Source of the DNA: Kiritimatiellia bacterium | Lineage (GTDB): Bacteria > Verrucomicrobiota > Kiritimatiellia > RFP12 > UBA1067 | Reading direction: 5' to 3' | Assembly: GCA_050949565.1 (NCBI GenBank) | Contig: JBMNFY010000008.1 | Span: forward strand, 288,001 to 352,000 | DNA: 64,000 nt | Shown here: positions 10,110 to 19,089 of the stretch, piece by piece | How positions within the stretch are numbered: the stretch's first letter is position 1 | Layout of the letters: the number at the start of each line of letters is the position of its first letter | Notes under the pieces: generated by a model | What the model was told of the DNA's origin: nothing | The model's database searches: none | What the model saw: only the letters and a program-made list of their open reading frames with translations | Translations under genes and position numbers: made by a program

Positions 10110-10907
10110 TTAAAAAACGGCCGACACCGAGAGGCCGCCCCACAGAATATCCTCATCCCAATACGGCGTCGCGTCACGCGCGTCACTATCGACCAGCGAC
10201 ATCCACGCGACACGACCACCGACCGACACCGAATCGGTCAGCGCGAAATCCGCATAGACCGCCGCATTGAAATCCATCAGCCCCGCGTCGTCGGTTCCGA
10301 CATACGTCATGTAGTCATCATCGCCTGCGCCCAGCGACATCTCCGCGCCCAGCGTGAGTTGATCGGTAAGCGCGACCTCCTTGTTGAGGCCAACGCTCAG
10401 GTAAAAGCCGTCATAGTTCCCGTAGTCGTATGCCAAGTTGGCGAACGGCGTGACCCAATCACTGTTGTAAGCCGCATACAGGTAAACCTCACGCGTACTG
10501 GGTCGATAGTCCGGACCGTTCGCACGCGGAAAGGTGTACCAGACATGCCCGATCTCCAACGCGACATCCCCCGCGTCGATCTTGTAAAAGAGCTGGTAGT
10601 CAATCTCATTCAATCCGCCGCCGGCCACCTGGCCATTGCGGTCGGTCAGGTCGAAATTGCTCCAGAACCCGGCACCGAACGTGCCGTACTCCGCTGCGGC
10701 GTAGGTCAGCTTGGCCGCAGGCTGAAAGACCGGGCGATCATTGTACACGCCTCCGCGCCAGACATAGGCCGAGAACAGATCCGCCGCAGCGTCCATCCCC
10801 CATCCGGCTTCCGCACACTCCCCTTGCGCGACAACCGGTGCCTCCTGTGCCACCAGGCCCGTTGCCACCGCCATCGCCACTACCATCATCCATGTCTTCA
10901 TCAACAT
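10110..10907 (-). CDS. Outer-membrane beta-barrel protein (TorF/MipA-like putative porin)
   Basis: Signal peptide, SAYVWRG, EIDY, amphipathic strands, C-terminal Phe (SVSAVF). Confidence 0.6.
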   Translation of the reverse strand: MLMKTWMMVVAMAVATGLVAQEAPVVAQGECAEAGWGMDAAADLFSAYVWRGGVYNDRPVFQPAAKLTYAAAEYGTFGAGFWSNFDLTDRNGQVAGGGLNEIDYQLFYKIDAGDVALEIGHVWYTFPRANGPDYRPSTREVYLYAAYNSDWVTPFANLAYDYGNYDGFYLSVGLNKEVALTDQLTLGAEMSLGAGDDDYMTYVGTDDAGLMDFNAAVYADFALTDSVSVGGRVAWMSLVDSDARDATPYWDEDILWGGLSVSAVF

Positions 10908-11098
10908 CTCTTGTCCCCCCACCTGCCGGATCTCAATCGCCTTCCGTCCGCAAGGTTCCACCGACCGCATGATCGTATCAGACCTGACCCCCAAACGGCA
11001 ACCCGCGATTGGTGAGAAAATGTAATCGGTTAGCCCGCCGCCCGCGCTTCGCACGGGAATGTAAATGAGGATAAATTTGATCGTGTAAGTTATAGACA

Positions 11099-11188
11099 AG
11101 GAGTATTCGACTTCAGAGTTCAGCGTTCGACGTTCAGCGTTCTGAGTTAAAAACGTTTAACGCTCAACGCTCAACTTTTAACGCTCAA
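11099..11188. repeat. Convergent heptamer arrays (GTTCAGC)n/(AACGCTC)n; second copy at 29583-29678
   Basis: Near-identical ~90-bp sequence at both sites, differing by one heptamer unit and substitutions. Confidence 0.9.
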
Positions 11189-11199
11189 GTTATAGGCAA

Positions 11200-11306
11200 G
11201 TGACAGGGATGTGCGAAGATCATGCGTTTCTGGTGAAAAGGAAAGCAGAGAGTCGGGAGCAAACCACGCACTAAACTCGCATGCCCCCTCGTCGCCACCC
11301 GATTAC
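11200..11306. mobile_element. Small inverted-repeat-bounded element, homologous (inverted) to 57012-57348
   Basis: 11200-11241 matches the reverse complement of 57308-57348; 11260-11306 matches that of 57012-57056; ends GTGACAGGG..GCGA / TCGCATGCCCC. Confidence 0.65.
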
Positions 11307-11439
11307 TCCCGCTTGACTTGAAACGACGATTCGTATGAAAAGCTGGCGGTTTGATGTTGCTCAAGCCCGCGACATCCGAGAAATCGAGAGTGCGGTTGTC
11401 AGCAGTCGGGGGCAACTATGTAAAACCGGAGTGAAAAGA

Positions 11440-13710
11440 ATGACGATGAATCACAGATTGTATTTGGCGCTCGGGGCGATTGTGGCATTTTCCGTGTGCG
11501 CTGAGGACATGCCGAAGACGCCTTTCGACGGGACGACGCCCGTCACGGTCGAGACGAAGACGTTCAGGCTCGTCATCAATCCGGATGCCACCGCCAAGTC
11601 GCTGATCGTGAAGGCGACGGGCGAGGAGATGCTTGAGCCGCGCGAGGGGCTTCCGGTCTTCGCGTCGACGCAGATCCGGCCCTTCAACAACGAGATCCGC
11701 CTCGTGCAGCAGGCGAAGCGCACGACATACCCGGCGAACCGGGTCAGGCGCGAAGGTGATCTCATTTTCATCGGCTTCGAGACGGCACCCTATCAGGTCG
11801 CCGTGCGCGTGACCGAGACGGAGGCCGGGTATGCGACGTTCAGGCCCGAGCGGCTCATATCAAACACGACGGATGAGCACCAGTACTATCACTGGAACCT
11901 GGACGTGCCGCCGATCGATTCGTTCCGGCTCCTGCAGTTGCCGGTGAAGGACCGCGCGAACTTCGGCGATTGGCTGAACGTGATGTGGGACGACCATGCC
12001 TTCGTCGGTGTCATCGGCGGCACGCCGTACATGGATGTGGACAACGAGAAGCGCTGGGGCTTCCGCAAGCTGACCGTCGAGTCGCTCAAAGACTTCGGCA
12101 TCACGAACGGCGTCGCCGTCCTCGCCGTCGAATCGCAGAGGGAGCGCTTCCTGGACCAGATCGACGCCGTGGAGCGCGATCTCGGCCTGCCGCGCGGTGT
12201 GCAAAGCCGCCGCGACAGCCGCCTCAATGCGTCGCTCTACTGGACGCATGGCGATTTCAAGCCCGAGAACGTCGACGCGCTCCTCTCCTATCTGAAGAAA
12301 GGCGGCTTCCGCATGTTGCTCGTCTACTATTCCGGCATCGTCAAAGCCAAGGGCTGGCATGAGTTGCCGGACTACAGGTGGGACAACGGCTGGGACGAGG
12401 CGAAGCTCACGGCCGCCCTGAAGCGCTTCCACGACGAGGGTATTTCGGTCGGCCTGCACACGTTGCAGACGTTCATCGGTATCACGAGTTCCTACGTGAC
12501 GCCCGAGGCCGACCACCGGCTGGCACTCGTCAAACACTTCACGCTCGCGAGGCCGCTGCCGCTCTCGGAAGAGCCATGCGAAGTCTTCGTCGAGGAGAAC
12601 CCCGTCGCCGCGCCGATGCATCCGAAGTGCCGCGTCCTCAAGTTCGGCACCGAGGTGCTCTCGTACGAGGGCTACACCACGACGCGGCCCTACAAGTTTA
12701 CCGGCGTGAAGCGCCGGCACTTCGGCACCCACGCGAAGGCCCATCCGCTCGGCGAGATCGGCGGCGTGCTGGGCATCAGCGAGGCTGGGGCCGTTTCGAG
12801 TTACGTCAACCAGGACTCCTCATGGCAGGATGAAATCGCCGAAAAGATCGCTGCCATCTACAGGTGCGGGCTCGACTTCCTCTACTTCGACGGTTCGGAG
12901 AACGCGAACACGCCCTGTACGGTCAACATCTCGCTTTCGCAGTATCGCTGCGTGAATGCGTGTACGGCGCAGTCGGGCAAGGCGCCGCTCTTCACCCAAG
13001 GGTGTGCCAAGAGCCACTTCGGCTGGCATTTCCAGAGCGGCGCGAATGCCTTCGACGTGTTCGGGCCGGAGATCTTCAAGCAGAAGATCATCGAGTACCC
13101 GTATGCCGCGGCGCAGCGACTGGCAAAGGACTTTACACGCGTCGACTTCGGATGGTGGGGGTTCTGGCCTGCACAGCTCGACGGGCCGCCTCCTGCGCAG
13201 GAGGGCCTTTTCCGATCCGGAAGACGCACTGTGGGCACGCAACCGGATATCTGGGAATATGGAACGAGCAAAGCCGCAGCTTTCGATTGTCCGGCCACGA
13301 TGCAGTTTTCGCTCAGCACCTTGCAGAAACATCGGCGAACGGATGATATTCTCGAGACGATACGCCGGTGGGAGGATGTGCGCGCACGCAAATGGCTGAC
13401 GCCCGAGCAGAAGGAGCTTCTCAAAGATCCGGCGCGTGAGTTCCACCTCGTGGACGATGGCAAAGGCGGCTACGATCTTGTGGAATGGAAACAGCTTGAC
13501 GTGGCGGGCGACAAATGGACGCCCGTGCGCGCGTTCCTCTACGAACGGCACGGCAAGCGGGTCGTCGCCTACTGGCATATCGCAGACAAGGCCCGGCTCG
13601 TCCTGCCCAACGGTTTGCCGACACTTGAGGCCGAAAACATGAAGACGTTGGAATCGGATCTGTCCGAAGCAGAAATCGTCCGTGCGTTCGCTGCGGCAAA
13701 GATCGAATGA
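11440..13710 (+). CDS. Secreted hypothetical protein, possible glycoside hydrolase-like barrel
   Basis: Signal peptide MTMNHRLYLAL..CA; LKKGGFR, GISVGLH, LYFDGSE, FGWW segments; family not recognised. Confidence 0.6.
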   Translation: MTMNHRLYLALGAIVAFSVCAEDMPKTPFDGTTPVTVETKTFRLVINPDATAKSLIVKATGEEMLEPREGLPVFASTQIRPFNNEIRLVQQAKRTTYPANRVRREGDLIFIGFETAPYQVAVRVTETEAGYATFRPERLISNTTDEHQYYHWNLDVPPIDSFRLLQLPVKDRANFGDWLNVMWDDHAFVGVIGGTPYMDVDNEKRWGFRKLTVESLKDFGITNGVAVLAVESQRERFLDQIDAVERDLGLPRGVQSRRDSRLNASLYWTHGDFKPENVDALLSYLKKGGFRMLLVYYSGIVKAKGWHELPDYRWDNGWDEAKLTAALKRFHDEGISVGLHTLQTFIGITSSYVTPEADHRLALVKHFTLARPLPLSEEPCEVFVEENPVAAPMHPKCRVLKFGTEVLSYEGYTTTRPYKFTGVKRRHFGTHAKAHPLGEIGGVLGISEAGAVSSYVNQDSSWQDEIAEKIAAIYRCGLDFLYFDGSENANTPCTVNISLSQYRCVNACTAQSGKAPLFTQGCAKSHFGWHFQSGANAFDVFGPEIFKQKIIEYPYAAAQRLAKDFTRVDFGWWGFWPAQLDGPPPAQEGLFRSGRRTVGTQPDIWEYGTSKAAAFDCPATMQFSLSTLQKHRRTDDILETIRRWEDVRARKWLTPEQKELLKDPAREFHLVDDGKGGYDLVEWKQLDVAGDKWTPVRAFLYERHGKRVVAYWHIADKARLVLPNGLPTLEAENMKTLESDLSEAEIVRAFAAAKIE

Positions 13711-13856
13711 CTGTTTTTTATCGTTCTTGCCATCTATCTTTTTCTTTTTGTTGATTGTTGAAGCTTGGAGAACCAGACGAAGGCGGTGATTTTTTGTATT
13801 GCGAGAGCTTTGTCTGGGAGAAGTGGGGATGTAAAAGGTTTATTCAGAATAGGCTT

Positions 13857-13957
13857 GAGGTTCTTGCGAAACCCTTTGCTTGCAGGCGTGGCACGGGCAT
13901 CTTGCCCGTGTTTCATGGGCGGGACGCCCATGCCACGAGGGGTTTTGCAGAACCCCT
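13857..13957. mobile_element. REPIN/MITE-like element with both imperfect terminal inverted repeats
   Basis: GAGGTTCTTGCGAAACCC ... paired REPs 13888-13936 ... GGGGTTTTGCAGAACCCCT. Confidence 0.8.
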
Positions 13958-13989
13958 GACGAAACATTTGAAAGGCTGCCGATGAAAAA

Positions 13990-14331
13990 ATGAAACGTTT
14001 GCGCATTCTTCACTGGCTCCCGCTTTGGGGTTGCTTGCTTCGCCTTGCAGGTTGTCGAGGAGACGTTTTAAAAACCGCTTCAAAATTGACCCCCGACTTT
14101 TCAACGAATGAAGTGTATGCCCTCTTTTCTGACTATGAAGTTATGTCGATAAAGACCGGGGGTGTTGCGCACATCAGCAGGGACGCGGTAATGTTCCGTA
14201 GCCATGTTCCGGTCGCCTTAAGAATCACATTTGCCCCCCGCAGACGTTGGTTTCACACGTTTGAAAGTTGTAAAATCTACTTTGACGCAGATGGCAAGGC
14301 CCTCGGATATTACTACGAACGACCTGACTAG
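13990..14331 (+). CDS. Small hypothetical lipoprotein
   Basis: Lipobox LAGC; visibly AT-richer than neighbours; C-terminal IYFDADGK motif. Confidence 0.6.
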   Translation: MKRLRILHWLPLWGCLLRLAGCRGDVLKTASKLTPDFSTNEVYALFSDYEVMSIKTGGVAHISRDAVMFRSHVPVALRITFAPRRRWFHTFESCKIYFDADGKALGYYYERPD

Positions 14332-14363
14332 TGCTGTGTTGCGATTAAAAAACCAAAATCGGA

Positions 14364-14460
14364 AACGCTCAACGTTCAACGTTCAACGCCCAAGTTATAC
14401 GGCTCGCGGAGACGCTCGCCCGAGCTTCGTGTCTTCGCACGAAAAAGCAGAGCGCTGCTT
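14364..14460. repeat. (AACGYTC)4 heptamers plus GGCTCG-type REP and AGCAGAGCGCTGCT module
   Basis: aacgctc aacgttc aacgttc aacgccc; 14401-14421 resembles 36905-36928. Confidence 0.8.
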
Positions 14461-14491
14461 TACACGGCTTTTTAGAATGCCGTCACCGGCC

Positions 14492-14520
14492 TTGACATCC
14501 TTCGTACGGTCATAGATAAT
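14492..14520 (+). promoter_or_regulatory. Sigma70-type promoter of the glycogen-binding gene
   Basis: TTGACA-17 nt-GATAAT; GGAGG RBS before ATG 14554. Confidence 0.65.
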
Positions 14521-14553
14521 ATCGCCACATCCGAAAGAGAAACGGAGGCTAAC

Positions 14554-14964
14554 ATGAAAAGCAAGTCCAAAAAAACAGTGAAAACTGAGGTGTCGGCCAA
14601 GCCACAGGCAAAGCCGTTGGCAAAATCGGCACCGAAAAAGACGCCCGCCAAATGTGCGGCCAAGGCGCCCGCCAAGTGCGCGGCAAAGAAGGCGGCCCCG
14701 AAAAACCAGCGTGTTGTGTTCTGCGTGCGCGCAGAACCGGGCAGCAAGGTTTTCCTGGCCGGAAGTTTCAACAACTGGAATCCAACCGCAAAGAAAATGG
14801 TCGACAAGAAAGCCGACGGCACCTTTGTGGTCGCGCTCCAACTCCCCCCCGGCGAGTATCAATACAAGTTTGTGATCGACGGGACATGGTGTGCAGATCC
14901 TGAGTGTCCGGACTGGGTTCAAAACGACCATGGTACGCTGAACAGTGTGAAGCGCGTCGACTAA
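14554..14964 (+). CDS. Histone H1-like N-terminal tail fused to a CBM48/AMPK-beta-type glycogen-binding domain
   Basis: K/A/P-rich PAKCAAK repeats; VFLAGSFNNW, LPPGEYQYKFVIDGTW..DP, GTLNSV motifs. Confidence 0.85.
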   Translation: MKSKSKKTVKTEVSAKPQAKPLAKSAPKKTPAKCAAKAPAKCAAKKAAPKNQRVVFCVRAEPGSKVFLAGSFNNWNPTAKKMVDKKADGTFVVALQLPPGEYQYKFVIDGTWCADPECPDWVQNDHGTLNSVKRVD

Positions 14965-15004
14965 TTGCCGCGCACGACACCTGATCGGTGTAAAAGGATC
15001 AGTC

Positions 15005-16033
15005 ATGCCGGGAAAACGACCGCGCTTAGCAGTAACAATCGGTGATGCTGCGGGGGTCGGCCCGGAACTGGTCTTACGGCTGGCATCTGACTCCGATATT
15101 GCGGAGCAGTGCCAGCTTTTTATTTACGGCAACCATGAAATCTTGCAACGGGTCGCCGCATCGGCCGGACTGACCCTATCGCGTTCGTTGCAGATATGTT
15201 CTGGCCCCACACGGGCGGCGGACGCGCACAACACGGGGAAGCACATTTTATACGACTTCCCCTTTGACGAGGCCGCGACCATCACGCCGGGCCGCGTGCA
15301 TGCGGCGTGCGGACGCCACGCGCACGCGTGGATCTGTGAAGCGGTCCGCGACATCCAGACCGGCCGTGCGGACGTCTTGGTCACCGCCCCCATCAACAAA
15401 GCCGCACTGCACGCGGCGGGCATTCAGGTGCCGGGCCACACTGAACTGCTCGCCAGCCTGACCAACGGCGCGACGCCGTGCATGGCCTTCCATTCCGACC
15501 GCGTGTTCGTCTCGCTGGCGACCATCCATGAAGCACTTCGCGATGTGCCCGGCCTGCTCACAATACCGGGTCTGCTCCATACGATCCGCCTCACCTGCGA
15601 CGCCTGCGCGCGCTTCAAGGGTGGACAGCCCCGCATCGCCGTCTTGGCGCTGAATCCACACGCGGGAGAGGGCTGCCTGTTCGGCAATGAAGAACACGAG
15701 GTCATCGCGCCGGCAATCGCCGCAGCGCGCGCCGAGGGACTCGCGGTGTCGGGTCCGCTCGTGCCGGACACCGCTTTCACTTGGCTGGCCGCCGGTCAGC
15801 CGTCCCCCTACGACGGTTACGTGGCCATGTACCACGACCAAGGTTTGATCCCCTTCAAAATGGCGGCCTTCGATACCGGCGTCAACGTCACGCTGGGACT
15901 GCCCCTGATCCGAACCTCGCCTGACCACGGTACGGCATTCGACATTGCCTGGCAAGGCAAAGCCGCCCCCACGAGTTTCGCCTGCGCGATCCGGTTGGCC
16001 GCGCGCATGGTCAACTCGGGAGACAAACAATAG
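15005..16033 (+). CDS. pdxA: 4-hydroxythreonine-4-phosphate dehydrogenase
   Basis: GDAAGVGPE, VTAPINK, PGHTE, LNPHAGE, AMYHDQG, RTSPDHGTAFDIA. Confidence 0.93.
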   Translation: MPGKRPRLAVTIGDAAGVGPELVLRLASDSDIAEQCQLFIYGNHEILQRVAASAGLTLSRSLQICSGPTRAADAHNTGKHILYDFPFDEAATITPGRVHAACGRHAHAWICEAVRDIQTGRADVLVTAPINKAALHAAGIQVPGHTELLASLTNGATPCMAFHSDRVFVSLATIHEALRDVPGLLTIPGLLHTIRLTCDACARFKGGQPRIAVLALNPHAGEGCLFGNEEHEVIAPAIAAARAEGLAVSGPLVPDTAFTWLAAGQPSPYDGYVAMYHDQGLIPFKMAAFDTGVNVTLGLPLIRTSPDHGTAFDIAWQGKAAPTSFACAIRLAARMVNSGDKQ

Positions 16034-16035
16034 AT

Positions 16036-16251
16036 ATGCGCAGGCTTGGGGTCATTGTTTTTTCGATCTTGTCGCTTGTGATTCTTCTTTATGCGTTTCT
16101 GGCCATTGTTGAGTATGTAACTGGCTCTTCTGACGGAACACCGGCCGTAGGCTTCGGTCTCCCTCTCATGGTGATACCCTTCGCGACTTTAGTAGGGATG
16201 CCGCTTGTGTTTGTTCTGTTTTGTTTGGCACTGCGCTCGCGAAAAAAATAG
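16036..16251 (+). CDS. Small two-TM hypothetical protein
   Basis: Two hydrophobic helices, basic C-terminus, starts 2 nt after the pdxA stop. Confidence 0.55.
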   Translation: MRRLGVIVFSILSLVILLYAFLAIVEYVTGSSDGTPAVGFGLPLMVIPFATLVGMPLVFVLFCLALRSRKK

Positions 16252-16354
16252 AAAAGGTACGGCGAGACGCCGCAGACCGCCCTATTGCCGTCCAAGTCCA
16301 TCCATCAGGCTCACACCGTGTTGAAAGAGTGAGAGCAAGGACGGGCAAATGAAC

Positions 16355-16385
16355 TTGAAAGTTGAGCGTTGAACGTTGAGCGTTC
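16355..16385. repeat. (TTGARCG)n heptamer track
   Basis: ttgaaag ttgagcg ttgaacg ttgagcg. Confidence 0.8.
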
Positions 16386-16481
16386 ATCGGGAATCCGGCG
16401 CGGTCAGTGCGCGGAGTCACAGCCCCGAAGAGGCGGCCTTACCCTTGCGAAGCGCCGACGGACGAGCGCCCCCACGAGCCG

Positions 16482-16606
16482 CACTTAGTCGCAACACGTC
16501 GTCGTTTACACCTAGTCCAAACACTTTGTCGCTAGCGCAATCGACTAGGTGTAGCGACTAAGCGTAACCGACTAAGTGTGTGGGACTGAGTGTGGGGGAC
16601 TAAGCG
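16482..16606. repeat. Inverted array of 13-14 bp period repeats (CACTTAGTCG x4, then CGACTAAGTG x5)
   Basis: Units start at 16482, 16495, 16509, 16522 and at 16542, 16555, 16569, 16583, 16597. Confidence 0.85.
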
Positions 16607-16627
16607 TTCTCGCGCGTTGCGCGGAAG

Positions 16628-17632
16628 TCACACGGGCAGAAACTCTGCGGTGACGAATCCGCCGGCGGCATTGGCGGCCGTGACGATCTGCGGGATGCCG
16701 TTCACGCAGTCGAGCGAGGGCCTGTGGATATGGCCTGCGAACACGCCGAGCAGATTCGGCGCCGCGAACACATCGCGCCTGAAAGACAGCGTGGTCGGCG
16801 TATGTCCGGCTTCGGGCCACTTCATGCGTCGCTCGATCTGCCAATTCTTGTCGCGTGACGCATTCCAGTCGGGATGGCCGCATCCGAACCCAATACCGCG
16901 ACCAGGCGCATAAAGCGGAATGTGCATGAAAAGCGCCAACGGCATACCGCTGGCCACCTGCTCGCGGAAGAAAGCAGCCTGCTCCGGCAGAATCTCATAG
17001 GTCGAGTCGTCAATCACCACGGCGCGCACGCCGCCCACATCTACCGCCGCCATCAGCGGATGACGTCCCTGATACAAGGGCGCGAGGCGTTGCGCCGTCC
17101 ACGTCGCGCGCAGGTCATGGCTCGTGCCCTCCATGCCTTCGTAATGCCAGTCGTGGTTTCCCGCGATGTAGAGGTAAGGCACGCCGGATGCCTGCAAGCG
17201 CGCATGCGCCCACTCGACAGCGGCTTCAGAGGGAAAGCTCAGGATGTCGCCCACCAGCACCAGCAATGCCACGCGCTCTTCGCGGGCACGCGACAGTGCC
17301 TCCTCGAAACACGCCTGCGGTGTCGTCGACGCACCGGTCGCCACATGCTTCGTCGTATTGTAGGCTTTCGCCATCCGTCCGCTGTAGGACTGATACGGTT
17401 CACCGCGCGCATCATCCAGAAAGAGATGCGTATCGCCGATCACCATGATCTTCAGCGGCGCACGCACCGCCGGGCTGAAGATCCGCAGACGTTCCGCATC
17501 AAGTGCGAACCCGCCCCGCAGACAGCGCGCGGGCGGCTGAGAAGAGGCTGCGGACGCGCCTTCACTGCGGACAACGGCCGCCGTTCCGGCGACCGCCGCC
17601 ATTTGCAAAAACCGTCTACGCGCAACAGACAC
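16628..17632 (-). CDS. Tat-exported calcineurin-like metallophosphoesterase
   Basis: RRRFLQ signal; DTH, GD, GNHD, HIP, GHIH motifs. Confidence 0.88.
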   Translation of the reverse strand: MSVARRRFLQMAAVAGTAAVVRSEGASAASSQPPARCLRGGFALDAERLRIFSPAVRAPLKIMVIGDTHLFLDDARGEPYQSYSGRMAKAYNTTKHVATGASTTPQACFEEALSRAREERVALLVLVGDILSFPSEAAVEWAHARLQASGVPYLYIAGNHDWHYEGMEGTSHDLRATWTAQRLAPLYQGRHPLMAAVDVGGVRAVVIDDSTYEILPEQAAFFREQVASGMPLALFMHIPLYAPGRGIGFGCGHPDWNASRDKNWQIERRMKWPEAGHTPTTLSFRRDVFAAPNLLGVFAGHIHRPSLDCVNGIPQIVTAANAAGGFVTAEFLPV

Positions 17633-17640
17633 AAAGCCCC

Positions 17641-17708
17641 TCCTAAATCCTAACTCCTAAATCCTACTTACTAACTCCGGCGCAGCCGGTTAGAGGCGTA
17701 GCCGGTTA
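17641..17708 (-). repeat. TTAGGA(G/T) heptamer track plus duplicated CTAACCGGCT; last unit forms the RBS of the phosphoesterase gene
   Basis: Minus strand ...gtaggat ttaggag ttaggat ttAGGAGG ggcttt GTG. Confidence 0.75.
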
Positions 17709-18719
17709 GACCTCGACGCACCAGCCGTGGGTGTCCGGCAGCCGGCCGTACTGGATGCCCTGCACCGTATCGTACAGCTTTTGCAGCACCGGCCCGCAAC
17801 CGTCCGGATCGCCGGTCGTGATCACCGTGTCACCGCGCGTGATCTCGCAGATCGGTGTGACGACCACCGCCGTGCCGCACGCCGCGACCTCGGCAAACTC
17901 CTTGACCTCGTCGAACGGCACCGGGCGCACCTCGACCTTCATGCCCAGATCAGCCGCAATCTGCTTGAGCGTGTCGTTGGTGACACTGGGCAACACCGAA
18001 TGCGAATCGGGCGTAACGTATGTGCCGTCCTTGGTGATGCCGATAAAATTGGAGGTCGCGAATTCTTCGATGAACGTGCGGGTCTTGGCGTCCAGATAGA
18101 GTTCCACAGGATACCCCGCGCGCTTGGCCTCCTCATGCGCGTACAGGCTGGCCGCGTAGTTGCCACCGATCTTGATATCGCCCGTGCCGTGCGGTGCCGC
18201 GCGATCGTACTCGTCCACCACCAGCGCACGCACCGGCTTGAGCCCACCTTTGTAGTAGGGTCCCACCGGCATGACCATCACCAGAAACGTGTATTCGTTG
18301 GCCGGCGCCACGCCGATCTGCGGTCCGGTACCGAGCAGCAGCGGACGGATGTACATCGAGCCGCCCGTGCCATACGGCGGCATGAAATCCTCGTTGGCCT
18401 TGACCGCGCGCTTGACCGCGTCAACAAACATATCCACAGGCACCGGTGCCATGCAAGTACGGCGCGCCGATCCGATCAGCCGCTCGCCATTGGCGTGCGG
18501 ACGGAAGATACGCACCTTGCCGTCTTTGCAGCGAAACGCTTTGAGGCCCTCGAACGCCTCTTGGCCGTAGTGCAGGCAGGAGGCCGCGATGTGCATTTTC
18601 AGATACGGCTCCTTCACCAGTTCGCCCTCGCTCCACACGCCGTCGCGCCACACATAACGGATGTGGCAATGCGTATCCATGTAGCTAAAACCCAAACTCG
18701 CCCAATCGATGTTCTGCAT
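17706..18719 (-). CDS. ilvE: Branched-chain amino acid aminotransferase
   Basis: LHYGQEAFEGLKA, YIRP, KIGGNYAAS, EEFATSN, CGTAVVVTP. Confidence 0.93.
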   Translation of the reverse strand: MQNIDWASLGFSYMDTHCHIRYVWRDGVWSEGELVKEPYLKMHIAASCLHYGQEAFEGLKAFRCKDGKVRIFRPHANGERLIGSARRTCMAPVPVDMFVDAVKRAVKANEDFMPPYGTGGSMYIRPLLLGTGPQIGVAPANEYTFLVMVMPVGPYYKGGLKPVRALVVDEYDRAAPHGTGDIKIGGNYAASLYAHEEAKRAGYPVELYLDAKTRTFIEEFATSNFIGITKDGTYVTPDSHSVLPSVTNDTLKQIAADLGMKVEVRPVPFDEVKEFAEVAACGTAVVVTPICEITRGDTVITTGDPDGCGPVLQKLYDTVQGIQYGRLPDTHGWCVEV

Positions 18720-18862
18720 GTCTCTGCGTCCTTGTATTCTGCCCGCGCCTTCCGCAAGCTGTTTTTGAGCCATTCATTTTACCTGATCCGCCGCCGGTTG
18801 CAAGCCTACCAATCGATAATGCGGTGCTTGGCAAGACATTCACCGCATGAGCCGGAAATTCT

Positions 18863-18940
18863 TAACAGGGGAGGCTCTTGCAAAACCCCTAGTGGCATGG
18901 GCGTCTCGCCCATGAAACACGGGCAAGATGCCCGTGCCAC
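18863..18940. mobile_element. REPIN/MITE-like element (one end present)
   Basis: GAGGCTCTTGCAAAACCCCT followed by paired REPs 18892-18940. Confidence 0.8.
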
Positions 18941-19089
18941 ATTACGTTAAAACCTAAACCATGAACTACACAAAATCAGTGCTGTGCCTTTTCGTGTATT
19001 CCGTATGTTTCGTAGTAAACAAACCTCGCCCCTGCCCCCCAAAAAACCTTAGCGCCTCATTACTTCCCACCGCCCTGCCCAGTTGTCCG

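Noticed and set aside
9965-10219. N-terminal extensions of the sodB, porin, 11335 and 29994 ORFs in the track
   Set aside because: They run through repeat or intergenic DNA (for example HGRDAHAT is REP translation); signal peptides mark later starts.
13734-14006. Short ORFs over REP/MITE mosaics (also 29676-29997, 36672-37085, 56822-57436)
   Set aside because: Conceptual translations of palindromic repeats; they recur wherever the repeat occurs.
16482-16606. Possible CRISPR array
   Set aside because: 10-bp degenerate units with 3-4 nt gaps, an orientation switch and no cas genes.
17641-17667. Telomere-like origin of TTAGGA repeats
   Set aside because: Heptameric, degenerate and embedded between bacterial genes; resemblance to TTAGGG is superficial.
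17671-17708. CTAAC...GTTAG as an integron attC site
   Set aside because: Too short, lacks L boxes, follows a housekeeping gene, and no integrase is present.
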